A stretch of DNA of 61,941 nt, the filler included, from Pirum gemmata (taxonomy: Eukaryota): NCBI GenBank assembly GCA_002812295.1. It is 19 parts of 19 records of this genome, joined end to end, with 100 filler letters (N's around TTAATTAATTAA, not from the genome) between each part and the next. Parts side by side here need not be neighbours in the genome. Positions count along the whole stretch, not along the records: positions 11,335 to 14,408 come from PDIN01003539.1; positions 14,509 to 17,594 come from PDIN01003540.1; positions 17,695 to 20,797 come from PDIN01003541.1; positions 20,898 to 23,796 come from PDIN01003542.1; positions 23,897 to 26,953 come from PDIN01003543.1; 14 more parts are not named here. One strand, given 5' to 3'. Of this stretch, positions 11,830 to 24,939 are shown piece after piece. The notes under the pieces are model-generated. The model did not search any database. It saw only the letters and a list, made by a program, of their open reading frames with translations, and had not been told where the DNA came from. How positions within the stretch are numbered: position 1 is the first letter of the stretch; every line of letters begins with the position of its first letter. A program made the position numbers and the translations under genes.

Positions 11830-13210
11830 CACTTCTTGTAGTGCTAGTTGTAGTTAAAAAGATGATTTATGAATAATATCAATCATCTTTTAGTAATATT
11901 TACTTTGAATTTACTTTACATATTGTTTTATACAATAAATTAATTAATAGCAAAAGATGATTTGCTGATTGATATTAGTCATCAATTAGCAATAGTGTTT
12001 GCTACAATAATTTGAATAATATACTATAATATTATTATTAAAAAAACGATAAAGATGTGCTACTTGTAGTTAAAAAGATGATTTAAGAATAATATCAATT
12101 AGTAATTAGTAATGTTTACTTTGAATTTACTTTACATATTGTTTTATACAATAAATTAATTAATAGCAAGATTTCCTGTAGTGTTAGTTGTAGTTCAAAA
12201 GATGATTTGCTGATTGATATTAGTCATCAATTAGCAATAGTGTTTGTTACCATAAATTGAATAATATTCTATAATAATATTATTAAAAAAACGATAAAGA
12301 TGTGCTAGTTGTAGTTAAAAAGATGATTTTTGAATAATATCAATTAGTAATTGGTAATGTTTACTTCGAATTTACTTTACATATTGCTTTATACAATTTA
12401 GAAAGATGATTTATGAATAATATCAATCATCAATTAGTAATGTTTACGTTAAATTTACTTTACATATTGTTTTATACAATAAATTGAATAATAATAGCTA
12501 GAGATCCTGTAGTGCTAGTTGTTGATACTACGTTGTTGATAAAAAGATGATTTTCTGATTGATATTAGTCATCAATTAGTAATAGTGTGCATGCTTGTTA
12601 TATTATACGCACGATAAATTAAATAATTTACTAAACTATCAAAAACAAGATGAAGACGGCTATGAAGACGTAGGAAGGATGACACCCCTCCAATATGACT
12701 GAAATTTTCATTTTCCGCTACTTGTTATAGTAAAAATAAACTATATAAAGCAACTTAAGTCACTATACTAAAACTGTTCCAAAAAAAGAAAATTATTTTA
12801 CTATATATGGTTTAAAATTTACTTAATTTGGAAGTTGTAAGTGGCTACAGGTTGCGTGTTAATTAAGAAGATGATTTATGAATAATATAATATATTATAT
12901 CAATTATCAATTACTAGTAATATTTACGTTGTATTTACTTTATTAATATTATACATTTTTTTTATAGAATAAATTGAATAAGGATTCCTGTATACGTGGC
13001 TCTAGTTTTAGTTAATTAGTAAGATGATTGATGCATGTGCTCAATATATTATAATAAATGTTATCAATCATTTTAGTAATAATGTTCACGTTGAATGTAC
13101 TTAGTAAGATGATTGATGCATGTGCTCAATATATTATAATAAATGATAGCAATCATTTTAGTAATAATGTTCACGTTGAATGTACTTTACATAGTGTTTT
13201 ATACAATTAA
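11830..13210. repeat. Complex degenerate tandem repeat array
   Basis: Recurring blocks GTAGTTAAAAAGATGATTT..GAATAATATCAAT and TTACTTTACATATTGTTTTATACAATAAATT, at least 5 times. Confidence 0.85.
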
Positions 13211-13780
13211 CAAGTGAAATTGCTAATTGATGAATATTATCAAAAAACCCTATCTACTAGTACTCACTAATTAATTATCATTTAGTATACTTGCAATAAC
13301 AATAACAATAACAATAATATAATAAATGACATTATCAATATTAATAACAAAAAAATATATAATAACAATTATAATTTATATTAATAATAACAATAATAGT
13401 AACAGTATTTATAACAATTAATAATAATAATAACAATTAATCGCAATAACGATTAACAATAGCAATAGCAACAACAACATATTATACAATAATAATATAA
13501 TAATAATAATAATATTAATAATAATCACAACAACAACAACAACAACAATAACGATAACAATAACCACAACAACAACAATAATAATAATTCATAACAATAA
13601 TATTAATATTATAATTTATAATAATAATAATAACAAAGTATAACAATAATATTTAATAATAATAACAATAATTATAATACAACTACAATAACAATAACAA
13701 TAACAATAACAATAACAATAACAATAACAATAACAATAACAATAATTGCAGTAAAAAAAAAAACAAGGTAAAAAAACTAG

Positions 13781-14008
13781 GGAGATGCAGGAAAAACCAT
13801 CGAATCGAGATTAGTTCGAAATATTTGAAATTTTTCGATCAAATTTTAAGTATTGACTCACTTTTGTTTAAAAAAATCTTAAAAATTCTTTTAAGAGATT
13901 TCATAGAAAAAACTTGAAACTCGAAAAAAAAGGAATATCATTCAAAATTGTCACTATTTAATAATTAGATTCGAGCTGTTTGATTCGATTATGTTTTCCC
14001 TTATCTCC
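13781..14008 (+). mobile_element. MITE family D (3-bp TSD, PIF/Harbinger-like)
   Basis: TIR GGAGATGCAGGAAAAAC..GTTTTCCCTTATCTCC flanked by TAG on both sides. Confidence 0.8.
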
Positions 14009-14063
14009 TAGGGAAACTACTATCATTTGTTATGCCAAGACACCCCTAATAAAAATTTTAATA

Positions 14064-14240
14064 TTCATTTATTTTGTCACTCTGAATATTTATTTGGTTG
14101 GTTATAATATTTAATTTGACGTTTTTAAATGAATAAATAGACAATAAAATATACCAAATTAAATAAAATGGATTTATATAGTATTAATTTGCTACTCTTT
14201 ATTGTATATTTTATGATGACAAAACAACTGAAAAGCACTA
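14064..14240 (+). mobile_element. MITE family B
   Basis: Aligns to 39133-39306; ends TGACAAAACAACTGAAAAGCACTA. Confidence 0.85.
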
Positions 14241-15366
14241 CATTATGATAAGGGAGTCACCTAATCTTACCTATTCCTCTTTGTCCAAAACACTTTTGGT
14301 CAAAATTTTAAAGTTTATTTTAATAATAATTAATTACTGCCTAAAACAGTTTAAGTCACACTTTCGAGCAATGACTTCTATCAAAGAATAAGTGACATCC
14401 TCTTTATCNNNNNNNNNNNNNNNNNNNNNNNNNNNNNNNNNNNNNNNNNNNNTTAATTAATTAANNNNNNNNNNNNNNNNNNNNNNNNNNNNNNNNNNNN
14501 NNNNNNNNGCTAGTTGAAATTCAGCCCTGTTTGAAATTATTTTTTCCATTTTTTCGGGTTTATAAATAAATAAATATACTCGAATACTTAACTGTTAGCT
14601 TAACATTTTCGAGCTTATTTAAACTTCAGAATTGGAAGCCTAAATAGTCTAAATAGAGTCCTCTAAATAAGTTCTAAATAGCATTTCGGAAGCTATTTCG
14701 GAGTATTTCAGTAACATTTTTGTGTGGTATTTATTATTGGTATCATTATTTTACTATTATTGTTATGACATATGATTATGTTTTTGTTTTAGTTATAGCT
14801 ATTGTTATTGTTATTATTATTGTTATTGTTATTGTTATTGTTATTGTTATTGTTATTGTTATTGTTATTGTTATTGTTATTGTTATATTGTTATTGTTAT
14901 TGATATNNNNNNNNNNNNNNNNNNNNNNNNNNNNNNNNNNNNNNNNNNNNNNNNNNNNNNNNNNNNNNNNNNNNNNNNNNNNNNNNNNNNNNNNNNNNNN
15001 NNNNNNNNNNNNNNNNNNNNNNNNNNNNNNNNNNTTATTATTAATATTATTATTATTATTATTATTATTGTTGTTGTTGTTATTGTTATTGTTATTGTTA
15101 TTGTTATTGTTATTGTTATTGTTATTGTTATTGTTATTGTTATTGAGTTGTTATTAATATTGTCATTATTGGTAACGTTATTGCTATTGTTATTGTTATT
15201 AATTGATATTGTTATTGTTATTGTTATTGTTATTGTTATTGTTATTATCATTGTTATTGTTATTATAATAATGAATTACTTCTTCTGAGTACGGTATGAT
15301 GATAATTATGCTAACTGAAAAACTTTGTTTTTTAAAACAAGTTTTTCATAATACTAATACAGTATA

Positions 15367-15500
15367 CCCCTAACCCTAACCCTAACTCAAACCCAAACCA
15401 CCACCCTAAACCCTAACCCTAAGTCCCAAGTCCTAAACCCTAACCCTAATTCCTAAGTCCTAAACCCAAACCCTAGCCCTAACCCTAAACCATAACCTTA
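15367..15500. repeat. Degenerate CCCTAA array
   Basis: CCCTAA mixed with CCCAAA and TCCTAA variants. Confidence 0.85.
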
Positions 15501-16355
15501 ATCATGGTATAAATAGTATAAATAACCCTAATAAAATTTAGTATAAATATGATATAATTATTATATATAAAGATAAGTTCAGTTTCAATTTTTTATTTTT
15601 TTTATTTTTTGTATTTTTTTATTTGTATGTTTCTTGATTTCTAATGGTAGAGGACACAGCACAAATATACCAGTTCATCTAATGACAGCCCTGAATGACA
15701 GCCAATTGACATTACACAGCTTTTAAAACCGTCCAATTATTAACTAGACCCAGCAAAAAACAAACAAAAAAAAAAAAAAGCTTTTTTTTAAAAAATCGAA
15801 AAAATCGAATCAAGTTATTATTATTAAAAAACTCGAAGTTGGACAATTTTTTTTTTGTGTTTTGTTTTGTTTTTTACATCCAAACACTGTTCCAACCAAC
15901 CACTTGGATATAAATAATTTTTATTTTGTTCCCTAAAAAATTATACTTTAATTGGGTAGAATGTTAAAGTTTATAAGAGTTTGGTCCAGGAATTTCAGCA
16001 TTTTGTTACCCTTATAATGGGCCTTATTTAATCTCCTTTGTTTTTTAAAAAAAATCCTTGTTAAAGTTGGAGACTTTTAGGCTGTAGACCCCCTCTATGC
16101 ACCGCACCAACTAAATGGAAAAGCTCTGAGAAGACCCATGTGATGTAACATTTTCGTTTTTTATTCTGGTGGTAAGGATATTAATTAATAAGTTCGAAAT
16201 GTTCAAGCTTACAATTAAGTATTCAAATATATTTATTTATTAATAACCCGAAAAATACGAAAAAAAAATATTTTTCGAACGGATATGAATTTTGGCTTTT
16301 TTTGACAGCAGAAATTCGAGTTTTTGGGTTTGAGCAGAATCAGAATTGGGATCCT

Positions 16356-16488
16356 GAGCTTTCAAATAATACGTCACGTCAAGGGGTAGGTAGGTAGGCG
16401 GTATTTGACCGCAAATTAACGTCAAGGGGTACGTAGGTAGGGGTATTTGAAGCTGTACTTGACCGGAAATTGGCGTTATGTAATATTG
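16356..16488 (+). mobile_element. MITE family A, ends eroded; a family C fragment follows (about 16490-16635)
   Basis: Internal alignment to 38606-38750. Confidence 0.8.
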
Positions 16489-16942
16489 CAGTGGTTGTCA
16501 GTTCAAAAACTGAAATAAACGTATGTAGTTGAACCATCAGGCATGTTTTAATTAATTTTGGTATTTTATAATTAATGTTGTATTTTATAAATAGTACCAA
16601 ATTAAAGATTGGGACAACTGTAATGAATATCGTTATAAATATATAGACTATGGCTCTATGTATACATGCATATAGGCTGCGCGTGCATCTATAGACCGCG
16701 TACGACAATTGATAAAAAATACCAAATTAATTAAAACATGCCCAAGAATTTAATATAAAAATAATTTGGTAGTTTACAGAAACTGTTACAGAAACTAGTT
16801 AGTCTATTGGTTGTGTTGGTAGTAGAAAGTCTCGTAGTCGAGGTCTCGTAGTTCTACACTTGAACAACTCTTGAACTTCTTGAAGGTAATCGAATAGTTT
16901 ACAAAACATGAACCACATTTACAAGATCTCAGTTTCTCCTTG

Positions 16943-17082
16943 CCTAACCCCTATCAGTAACCCTAACCCCTATCAGTAACCCTAACCCCTAACCCTAACC
17001 CTAACCCCTAACCCTAACCCTAACCCCTAACACTAACACTAACCCCTAACACTAACACTAACACTAACACTAACCCTGACCT

Positions 17083-17120
<38 letters not shown>

Positions 17121-17173
17121 CCCTAACCCTAACCCTAACCCTAACCCTAACCCTAACCCTAACCCTAACCCTA
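16943..17173. repeat. (CCCTAA)n array with variants, running into a gap
   Basis: Directly visible. Confidence 0.9.
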
Positions 17174-18335
17174 NNNNNNNNNNNNNNNNNNNNNNNNNNN
17201 NNNNNNNNNNNNNNNNNNNNNNNNNNNNNNNNNNNNNNNNNNNNNNNNNNNNNNNNNNNNNNNNNNNNNNNNNNNNNNNNNNNNNNNNNNNNNNNNNNNN
17301 NNNNACAATTACAATTACAATTACAATTACAATTACAATTACAATTACAATTACAATTACAATTACAATTACAATTACAATTACAATTACAATTACAATT
17401 ACAGTTACAATTACAATCATAATCAAAATCACAAGCACCACAACCACAACCATAACCACTTGTACCATCGATCATAACAATCACTATGTACCACATGTAT
17501 GCACAGCAAGACAGCAAGCTACAAACAGCAATAACAACCACCGCAATATATGTCATATACAACCAACACAACCAACACAACCAACACAACCAACNNNNNN
17601 NNNNNNNNNNNNNNNNNNNNNNNNNNNNNNNNNNNNNNTTAATTAATTAANNNNNNNNNNNNNNNNNNNNNNNNNNNNNNNNNNNNNNNNNNNNTTCCCC
17701 CTCACCCCACCCCGAACTAAAAAAAAAAGACCCCCAAACAAAAAAAACAAAGATTTACGATTCTGGACATTTTATATTTTTATTCTTAAATTTTCATGAA
17801 AACCAAAAAAGAAAACCGAATATAAATTTATTAGAGGAATTTTTTTTTCGCTTATGTTTATTTACTTTTTTATTATTATTTTAAAAATGAATAAATGAAT
17901 AAATGAATAAATGAATAAAAATATTAAATAAGTGAATGGTTTTGGTTGTACAAAGAGTTAATTTCGTTGGGTTACAGAATCTCTTGAAAGTTATGTTCAA
18001 TTTTGAGTTGTGAGATGCACGTGTTAGACGGTTTAGTAATGAATCAAGAAAAATAAATAAAAAAAAACAAGGATAAAGAGAAACTGAGGTTGATATATTT
18101 TGTTGTTGTTGTGGGGTTAATTAATTTAATCTTTAAATTCTGTATTTTGAGAAAAAACTACATGAAATGTAGGATTTTTTGGGGAAATATGAAAAATTCT
18201 TGTGATCATTTACTCGTTCTTTTTTTTTTTCATCTACATAAAAACTATAATATAGAGTTCATAGTAATAAATAGATAATGATCGGAAAATAGGCTATTTA
18301 TATTAAGAAAAATGCTTTGAATTCTAAAAATCGCT

Positions 18336-18760
18336 GAGATTTGTTGTTGTTGGTTATAGCTAATAGATTGGTTCGATTTTAATAGTTAAATATGAACTGT
18401 TAATCTTGTTAGTCTCGAAATCGGAAAAGGTGATCAGTTTATATGACATTTATAGGAAAAATATAATAAATTCTAAAAATCACTTTTTGCAACAAGCTCC
18501 TGGGATTTGTTGTTGTTCAGCTGATTGTTTGGTTCGATTTTAATAGTAAATTGGAATTATTATTCTTGTTAGTCTCGAAAGCGGAGAAAGAGATCGGTTT
18601 GTATGACATATGTAGGAAAAGTATTATATGAGTTCGAATAATGGCTTTTTTGCCCACACTCTCCTGGGATTTATTGTTGTTGTTGGTTAGCGGATTGATT
18701 AGTTCGATTTTAACAATAAAATGTAACAGTTTATCATCTTAGGTTCGAAATCGGGAAAGA
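18336..18760. repeat. Degenerate tandem repeat, unit about 165 bp, about 3 copies
   Basis: G(A/G)GATTTGTTGTTGTT..GTTCGATTTTAA..TCGAAA starting at about 18336, 18502 and 18666. Confidence 0.75.
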
Positions 18761-19462
18761 TGGAAAGTTAATAATTTTAATTATATTGTATTGTTTTAAG
18801 AAATTTGGTTGACAAATCTCTTTTTTAAGATCGTAGCTGAGGGTATTAATTAATTAATTAATTGAAATGATAGAATAGTTGTAAACTCAACGTTTTGTAA
18901 TCATTGAAATTGGAACAAAAAAGAAACGAAAATGCGGTACAAAATAATTGGTTTAACTTAGTTTCGTTGTGTAAGATATTGATAAAAACAATTACACGTG
19001 TTAAATACCAAGATACATGTAAGAGTGTTGATTGTTTTGGGGACTATTTATTAAGCCAAGAACTTTTTCGAATATATATCAGGAAATGGGTGTTTTTGAC
19101 CAGTTCGATCTTGACTCTTAATGCAATGATTGAATTAAAGAAGGTATGTATACAAACCTTTCTAGACATTTTTGAAAACTTTTTTTGTTTTTTGTTTTTT
19201 TGTTTTTTGTTTTTTGTTTTTTTGTTTTGTTTTTTGTTTTTTGTTTTTTGTTTGTGTTGTTTTTTGTTTTTTGTTTTTTGTTTTTTTGTTGTTTTTGTTT
19301 TTGTTTTTGTTTTTGTTTTTTGTTTGTTTATTTTGTTTTAACTATTTTAAAAAAAAATAATAACAAACAACAACAACTAATTAATAAAATTAGCAATAAT
19401 AACTTTTCACTAGCACAATATAATATTAATAATAACAAAACTTGTAAAACATAAAACATTGC

Positions 19463-20669
19463 TTATTCAGCTTTAGCCTTAGGGTTAGCTTTTGATGCAG
19501 TCTTTTTTGCTGGAGCAGCCATAAAGAATCGTTGAATAAAAAATTTCAAAAACAACAAAAAATAACTAAAATACATCAAACCAGCAGCCATTAAATTTTC
19601 TTTTTCAACATTACAAACAACACCATTACTTTGATACAAATAAACACTAACACACACATAAATACCAATAACCATTTGTGATAATTGTAAAATAGTAATC
19701 CACATAGGGTTAACAAACTTAGGTACCATTTTTAACCCTGACAAACAATAATATAAATACATAACGGCGTGAACTGTAAAATTCATAGCTACAAAATATA
19801 AACCTGAAGAAGCTCTAGTTGCATATGCGTGCCAGCAATAAGCCAAAACAGTAATGTGATGATACCAATGAAGGAAAATCAAAGGACGTTTACGTAAGAC
19901 AATAAACATGGTGTCAAATAATTCAGGAATTTTTGAAAAAATAAATAATGTAGTCCACATTCCAGAGGGGCCTACTTGTTGTTCAATGAAAGAATACAAA
20001 AATACAATAAGATACATAAGTAAATGTTAATCGTGGTGTTTAGTTTATGAATTTATTTATTTTATTTATTTATTATTATTATTATTTATTATTTATTATT
20101 TATTATTTATTATTATTTACTATTATTATTATTTATTAATATTTATTATTATTTGTTCTTATTATTATTATTATTATTATCATTTATTATTATTCTTATT
20201 ATTATTATTATTATTATTATTACCAATATCATAATAATAACAATCTGAAACAAAAAACAAAAGTATATTAACATAAAAAATACATACCTAAACCGTATGC
20301 AACATCAGATGAAGCACAAGCACTGTACTCAAAACCTTGAGTGTAGATATTATTCAATAAATGCGGTACAGTACGAGCAGCACCCATAAAGGAAAACAGA
20401 GACAAAGCCAAATTCCAAGTAGCTAACACATATTTTAAATCAAAAGGCTCACGATTAGCCATGATTTTTTGCCCACCAAAACACAAAACAACGTACAAAC
20501 AACAAATCCCTAAGATTGGAACCATTGTTTCACGACAAAAATCAGAGTATGGATAACCAATCCATTCTTTTTCAAAAGAAAAAGGGTAGAATACATCCAA
20601 GGCAGGGTACATAGAATAAAGTTGATCGTACTTTAAAGTAACATTTTCCCAATTAAGAGTTAAAGACAT
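19463..20669 (-). CDS. Fatty acid elongase (GNS1/SUR4, ELOVL3/6-like), 2 exons
   Basis: Exons 20669..20288 and 19971..19463 with a GT-AG intron; the splice gives YGLG-PSGMW in frame (891 nt). Motifs FSKIPELFDT, FLHWYHH, AMNFTVHAVMYLYY, ITILQLSQM; C-terminal KAKAE dilysine-like signal. Confidence 0.95.
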
Positions 20670-20983
20670 GGTTGATTTGAATTTTTTCAAAGTTAATAAT
20701 GACAATAAAAGTAGTTAGTATATTTTTTGGTAATAATAACAATAATTACTTTGATAGTAGCAGTAAGAATAGTGATGTTATTGTAATTTTTTTTTTTNNN
20801 NNNNNNNNNNNNNNNNNNNNNNNNNNNNNNNNNNNNNNNNNTTAATTAATTAANNNNNNNNNNNNNNNNNNNNNNNNNNNNNNNNNNNNNNNNNNNNCTA
20901 ACCCTAATCCTAACCCTAACCCTAACCCTCCCTAACCCTAACCCTAACCCTCGCCCTAACCCTTAACCCTAACCCATCTTTAG

Positions 20984-21215
20984 ATAATAATGGTAATAGT
21001 AATGGTAATAAGAATGATGGTGATAATAAAGGGAAGAAAAAAGTCAACCCAGTTACAGGCCAATACTATAAGGACACGCCTAACCCTATAAATCAAATGA
21101 CTGAAGAAGAAAAAGAAATTGAAGCTGAAAAATTGGGTCTATTGTTTGAAAAATTAAATGCTACCGGTGTTATAAAGGTATACTAAATGATAATAATAAT
21201 AATAATAATAACAAT

Positions 21216-21261
<46 letters not shown>

Positions 21262-21483
21262 TCCCTAACTCTAACCATAACCCTAACCCTGACCGTAACC
21301 CTTACCCTAATCCTAACCCCTAACCCCTAACCCTAACCCCTAACCCTAACCCTAACCCGTACCCTTACCCCTAAACCTAACTAACCCTTACCCTTACCAT
21401 TACTATTACTATTACTATAATTATTTCAGGTTATGGGTAAAGATGAACTTGGAAATATGACAGAATTCCAAGGACCGAACTAA
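20984..21483 (+). CDS. RIC8: Ric-8/synembryn G-alpha chaperone/GEF, last two exons (not in ORF track)
   Basis: Exon 20984..21177 encodes VNPVTGQYYKDTPNPINQMTEEEKEIEAEKLGLLFEKLNATGVIK, the Ric-8 C-terminal NPVTG..MTEEEKE.EA.KL..LF.KL signature. GT-AG intron 21178-21429; last exon 21430..21483 VMGKDELGNMTEFQGPN*. Confidence 0.88.
21263..21395. repeat. CCCTAA array inside a Ric-8 intron (another at 20898-20975)
   Basis: Directly visible between the GT at 21178 and the AG at 21429. Confidence 0.9.
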
Positions 21484-21510
21484 AGAAAAAAATAAATCGG
21501 CTAATCACTA

Positions 21511-21862
21511 GGAGATGCGAAAAAACATAATCGAATCAAAAAGCTCGATCCTAATTATTAAATAGTAACAATTTTGAAATGATCTTCTTTTTTTTTTCGA
21601 GTTTCAAGTTTTTCTTATGAATTTTCTAAGAATATTTCAAGAATTTTTTAAGAACTTTTTAATGAAATCCAAAGTAAGTCAATACTTAAAAAGTTAAAAT
21701 TAGATCGAAAAAAATCGAAAATTTCGAACTAGTCTCGATTCGATATTTTAAGAACTTTCTAAGAATTTTTTAATGAAATCAAAAGTAAGTCAATACTTAA
21801 ATTGGATCGAAAAATTTGAAATTTTCGAACTAGTCTCAATTCGATGTTTTTCCCGCAACTCC
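21511..21862 (-). mobile_element. MITE family D with an internal duplication
   Basis: TIR GGAGATGCGAAAAAAC..GTTTTTCCCGCAACTCC, flanks CTA/TTA; reverse orientation relative to the 13781 copy; inserted 27 bp after the Ric-8 stop. Confidence 0.8.
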
Positions 21863-21927
21863 TTAAAATAAATAATTATATAATTGCATTATTAGTTATA
21901 AACTTAATTTATTTAAGAAGGACTAAA

Positions 21928-22514
21928 GACTAGCACGGATGACGTCATAATAATATTTTTATTTTTTTTATATTTTTGTTCTCATCAAATTAAGCATAAA
22001 ATACCAAATTAATTAAAACATGCCTGATAGTTTATAGCCATAATAATAATAATTTGGTGCGTTTATTTCAGTTTTTGAACTGGACAACACTATTGAAAAT
22101 CACGATAGCTATGATGTTTCTTGATTACTCTCATACATCCAAAAACAGTTGCCCTCTCAATCTTTAATTTGGTACTGTTTTAATTAAATCATGTCTGATA
22201 GTTTAACCTTAATAATAATTTGGTACGTTTATTTTAGTTTTTGAACTGAACAACACTATTGAAAAACACGATAGTTATGATATTTCTTGATTACTGTCTT
22301 ACAATATTATATTTACTTTTTCTCTATTACTTGAAATCGAGGTTAGAAAAACAACGACAATAACAACAATAACAACAACAATAACAACAACAATAACAAC
22401 AACAATGAAAATGATAATAACAATAAGAGCATTAACTAACAATAACAATAACCAACATGTTAACAATAACAATTAATCTAAACGATATCATTGTGACCGT
22501 CATCCGTGCGAGCC
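21928..22514. mobile_element. TIR element containing two nested family C copies (about 21985-22105 and 22145-22271)
   Basis: Imperfect inverted ends GACTAGCACGGATGACGTCATAATAATAT / ATATCATTGTGACCGTCATCCGTGCGAGCC; TSD unclear. Confidence 0.6.
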
Positions 22515-22639
22515 TTATTATACTTTAGCCCCTGTGATATATTTTCGAGCCTCTCATTAAAAAATTCAATCGAGCAAATCTTCACCGCATTAGGAAATTA
22601 AATTACTTTATTTGGAAAAGAAAACTGTGTGTGTGTAAT

Positions 22640-22790
22640 AAGTCTCACTAAAAACTCGAAGTCTCACTAAAAACTCGAAGTCTCACTAAAAACTCAAAGT
22701 GTCACTAAAAACTCGAAGTCTCACTAAAAACTCGAAGTCTCACTAAAAACTCGAAGTCTCACTAAAAACTCGAAGTCTCACTAAAAGCTC
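22640..22790. repeat. 19-bp minisatellite (AAGTCTCACTAAAAACTCG), about 8 copies
   Basis: Head-to-tail near-perfect units without spacers. Confidence 0.95.
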
Positions 22791-23009
22791 ACTCTTCGGT
22801 TGTCGTAGTTAGTTAAAAGAAAGGAAGGTGGATGATGACGTCACTAGGACAGATTATGTGAAAATTCGATCTAACATCTCCAACTCGATTCCTTTCAACT
22901 AGAACTGTAGACCAGTCTTATAAATATACCAATTGAATTATATATATTTAGGGCCTGTGGGGATATACGGGAAAGAAAGAAAAGGCCGCAGGCAAGGCAA
23001 GCCCGCAAG

Positions 23010-23042
<33 letters not shown>

Positions 23043-23225
23043 TAATAATAAAAGTAATTAATAATAAATAGATTCATAGCTTTTATTATTGTGTGTATAT
23101 CATGTACTTAGGGAGATATCAATATCAGATATCAGATAATCGATACAAAGAGATAAAATCAAAAAGATACTTTTAAAAATGACTTCATTGTGACGTCACT
23201 ATGACGCCATTTTAATTATATGACG

Positions 23226-23796
23226 TCAGATGTTCTTTGCAAGCATAGTATGAACGTTTTTAAACCTCTTTGCCGGTTGAGATTCGGTTATTGGAACCGC
23301 TGATCGTTTAGAAACACAAGTATTACGCACTTTTTCATGCGTAGGGTTAACCAAACCACAAACTGATTTGCTTTTTTTACAGTTTTCGCATTTTTTCTTC
23401 TTGGTATTAGTATTAGTATTAATATTAGTGTTGATATTAGTATTAGCATTAGTACTATTAGTATTAGTATTAGAATTAGTATTAGTAATAGTATTAGAAT
23501 TAGAATTAGTATTAGTAATAGTATTAGTATTAATATTAATATTAGGGTTAGAGTCAGGGTTAGGGTTCGTATCATTACTATTACTATTACTATTACTATT
23601 ATCGATACTATTATTATTAATATTAGTGGTATTAGTGGTATTTTTTTTTCGCAATTCAGCTAGAACTCGCCTTTGCAAAAGTTCTATTTTGTTGTTATCT
23701 ATACAATAAGTTATGATAACTTTATCCGTTTCCAAAATATCACTCTCATTTTTAGTATTCTGGAAAATTTGAAGCCAACGTCCTCTTTGTTTTTGT
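23226..23796 (-). CDS. 3' end of an unknown protein with an N/T-rich tract and a Cys/His cluster
   Basis: Frame open to the scaffold edge (QKQRGRWLQIFQNTKNESDILETDK..); KCENCKKSKSVCGLVNPTHEKVRNTC; NLS-like PAKRFK. Confidence 0.5.
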
Positions 23797-24939
23797 NNNN
23801 NNNNNNNNNNNNNNNNNNNNNNNNNNNNNNNNNNNNNNNNTTAATTAATTAANNNNNNNNNNNNNNNNNNNNNNNNNNNNNNNNNNNNNNNNNNNNTTTG
23901 TTTTTTTTTTTGTTTTTTTTTTGTTTTTTGTTTTTTTTGGTTTGTTTTTGTTTTGTTTGGTTTGGTTTGGTTTGGTTTGGTTTGGTTTGGTTTGGTTTGG
24001 TTTGGTTTAGTTGTTTGTTATGGTTATAAGGGTAATGTTACTGAATTAAAGTTTTTAGTTTTTATTAGTTAAATTATTTTTTGGTTTGTTTTGTTATGTT
24101 TTGTTTTGTTTTGTTTAGGTTTGGTTTGGTTTGGTTTGGTTTGGTTTGGTTTGGTTTGATTTGGTTTGATTTGGTTTGATTTGGTTTGGTTTGTTTGTTT
24201 GTTATGGTTATAAGGCTAATGTTACTGAAAGTGATACTGAATTGTGATTTTTATCGATAATGAAATTAAAGTTTTTAGTTTTTATTATTTAATTTATTTT
24301 TTGTTTTGTTTTGTTTTGTTTTGTTTTGTTTTTGTTTTTGTTTGGTTTGGTTTGGTTTGGTTTGGTTTGGTTTGGTTTGGTTCGGTTTGGTTTGGTTTGT
24401 TTGTTTGTTATTATGTTACTAAAAGTGATACTGAATTTGATTTTTATCGATAATAAAATTAAAGGTTTTAGTTTATGTATTATATATTATATATAGTATA
24501 TATAACTATATATATTATAACCATAACTTTATTTATTATATAACTAGGTTTATAACTATAACTCTATATAACAACTACAACTATATGTTACTCTGATTTT
24601 TTAATTATATAATATAGTACTACTTATACAATTATTGATGTAATGTTTCAAATAATACATAATCAATAAAGGTACATCTATGATATATATATATATATAA
24701 TATAATAGTATATAATAAATTGGTTTCGGTACCGTAAGCTCCACTTTCAATTTGGTATTGTGAAGCTTTTTGGTACATAACAAAATGATCATTTTTTTAT
24801 TGAGACTTATTCAAAAAGAAGCATTATTACGTCATTATGACGTCAATTTAAGGCTTAATGTCTTCATGCCACCATAATAATAAACAATTACTAACAGCAT
24901 AATAATAATTAGGAATGATATGTTCTGAAAATGATATAA

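Noticed and set aside
16240..16708. ORFs with PPTYLPLDV / NTPTYVPLDV repeats (also 38631-38813)
   Set aside because: Antisense translations of MITE family A.
22640..22790. 19-bp repeat array as a CRISPR
   Set aside because: Units are head-to-tail with no unique spacers, there are no cas genes, and the context is eukaryotic.
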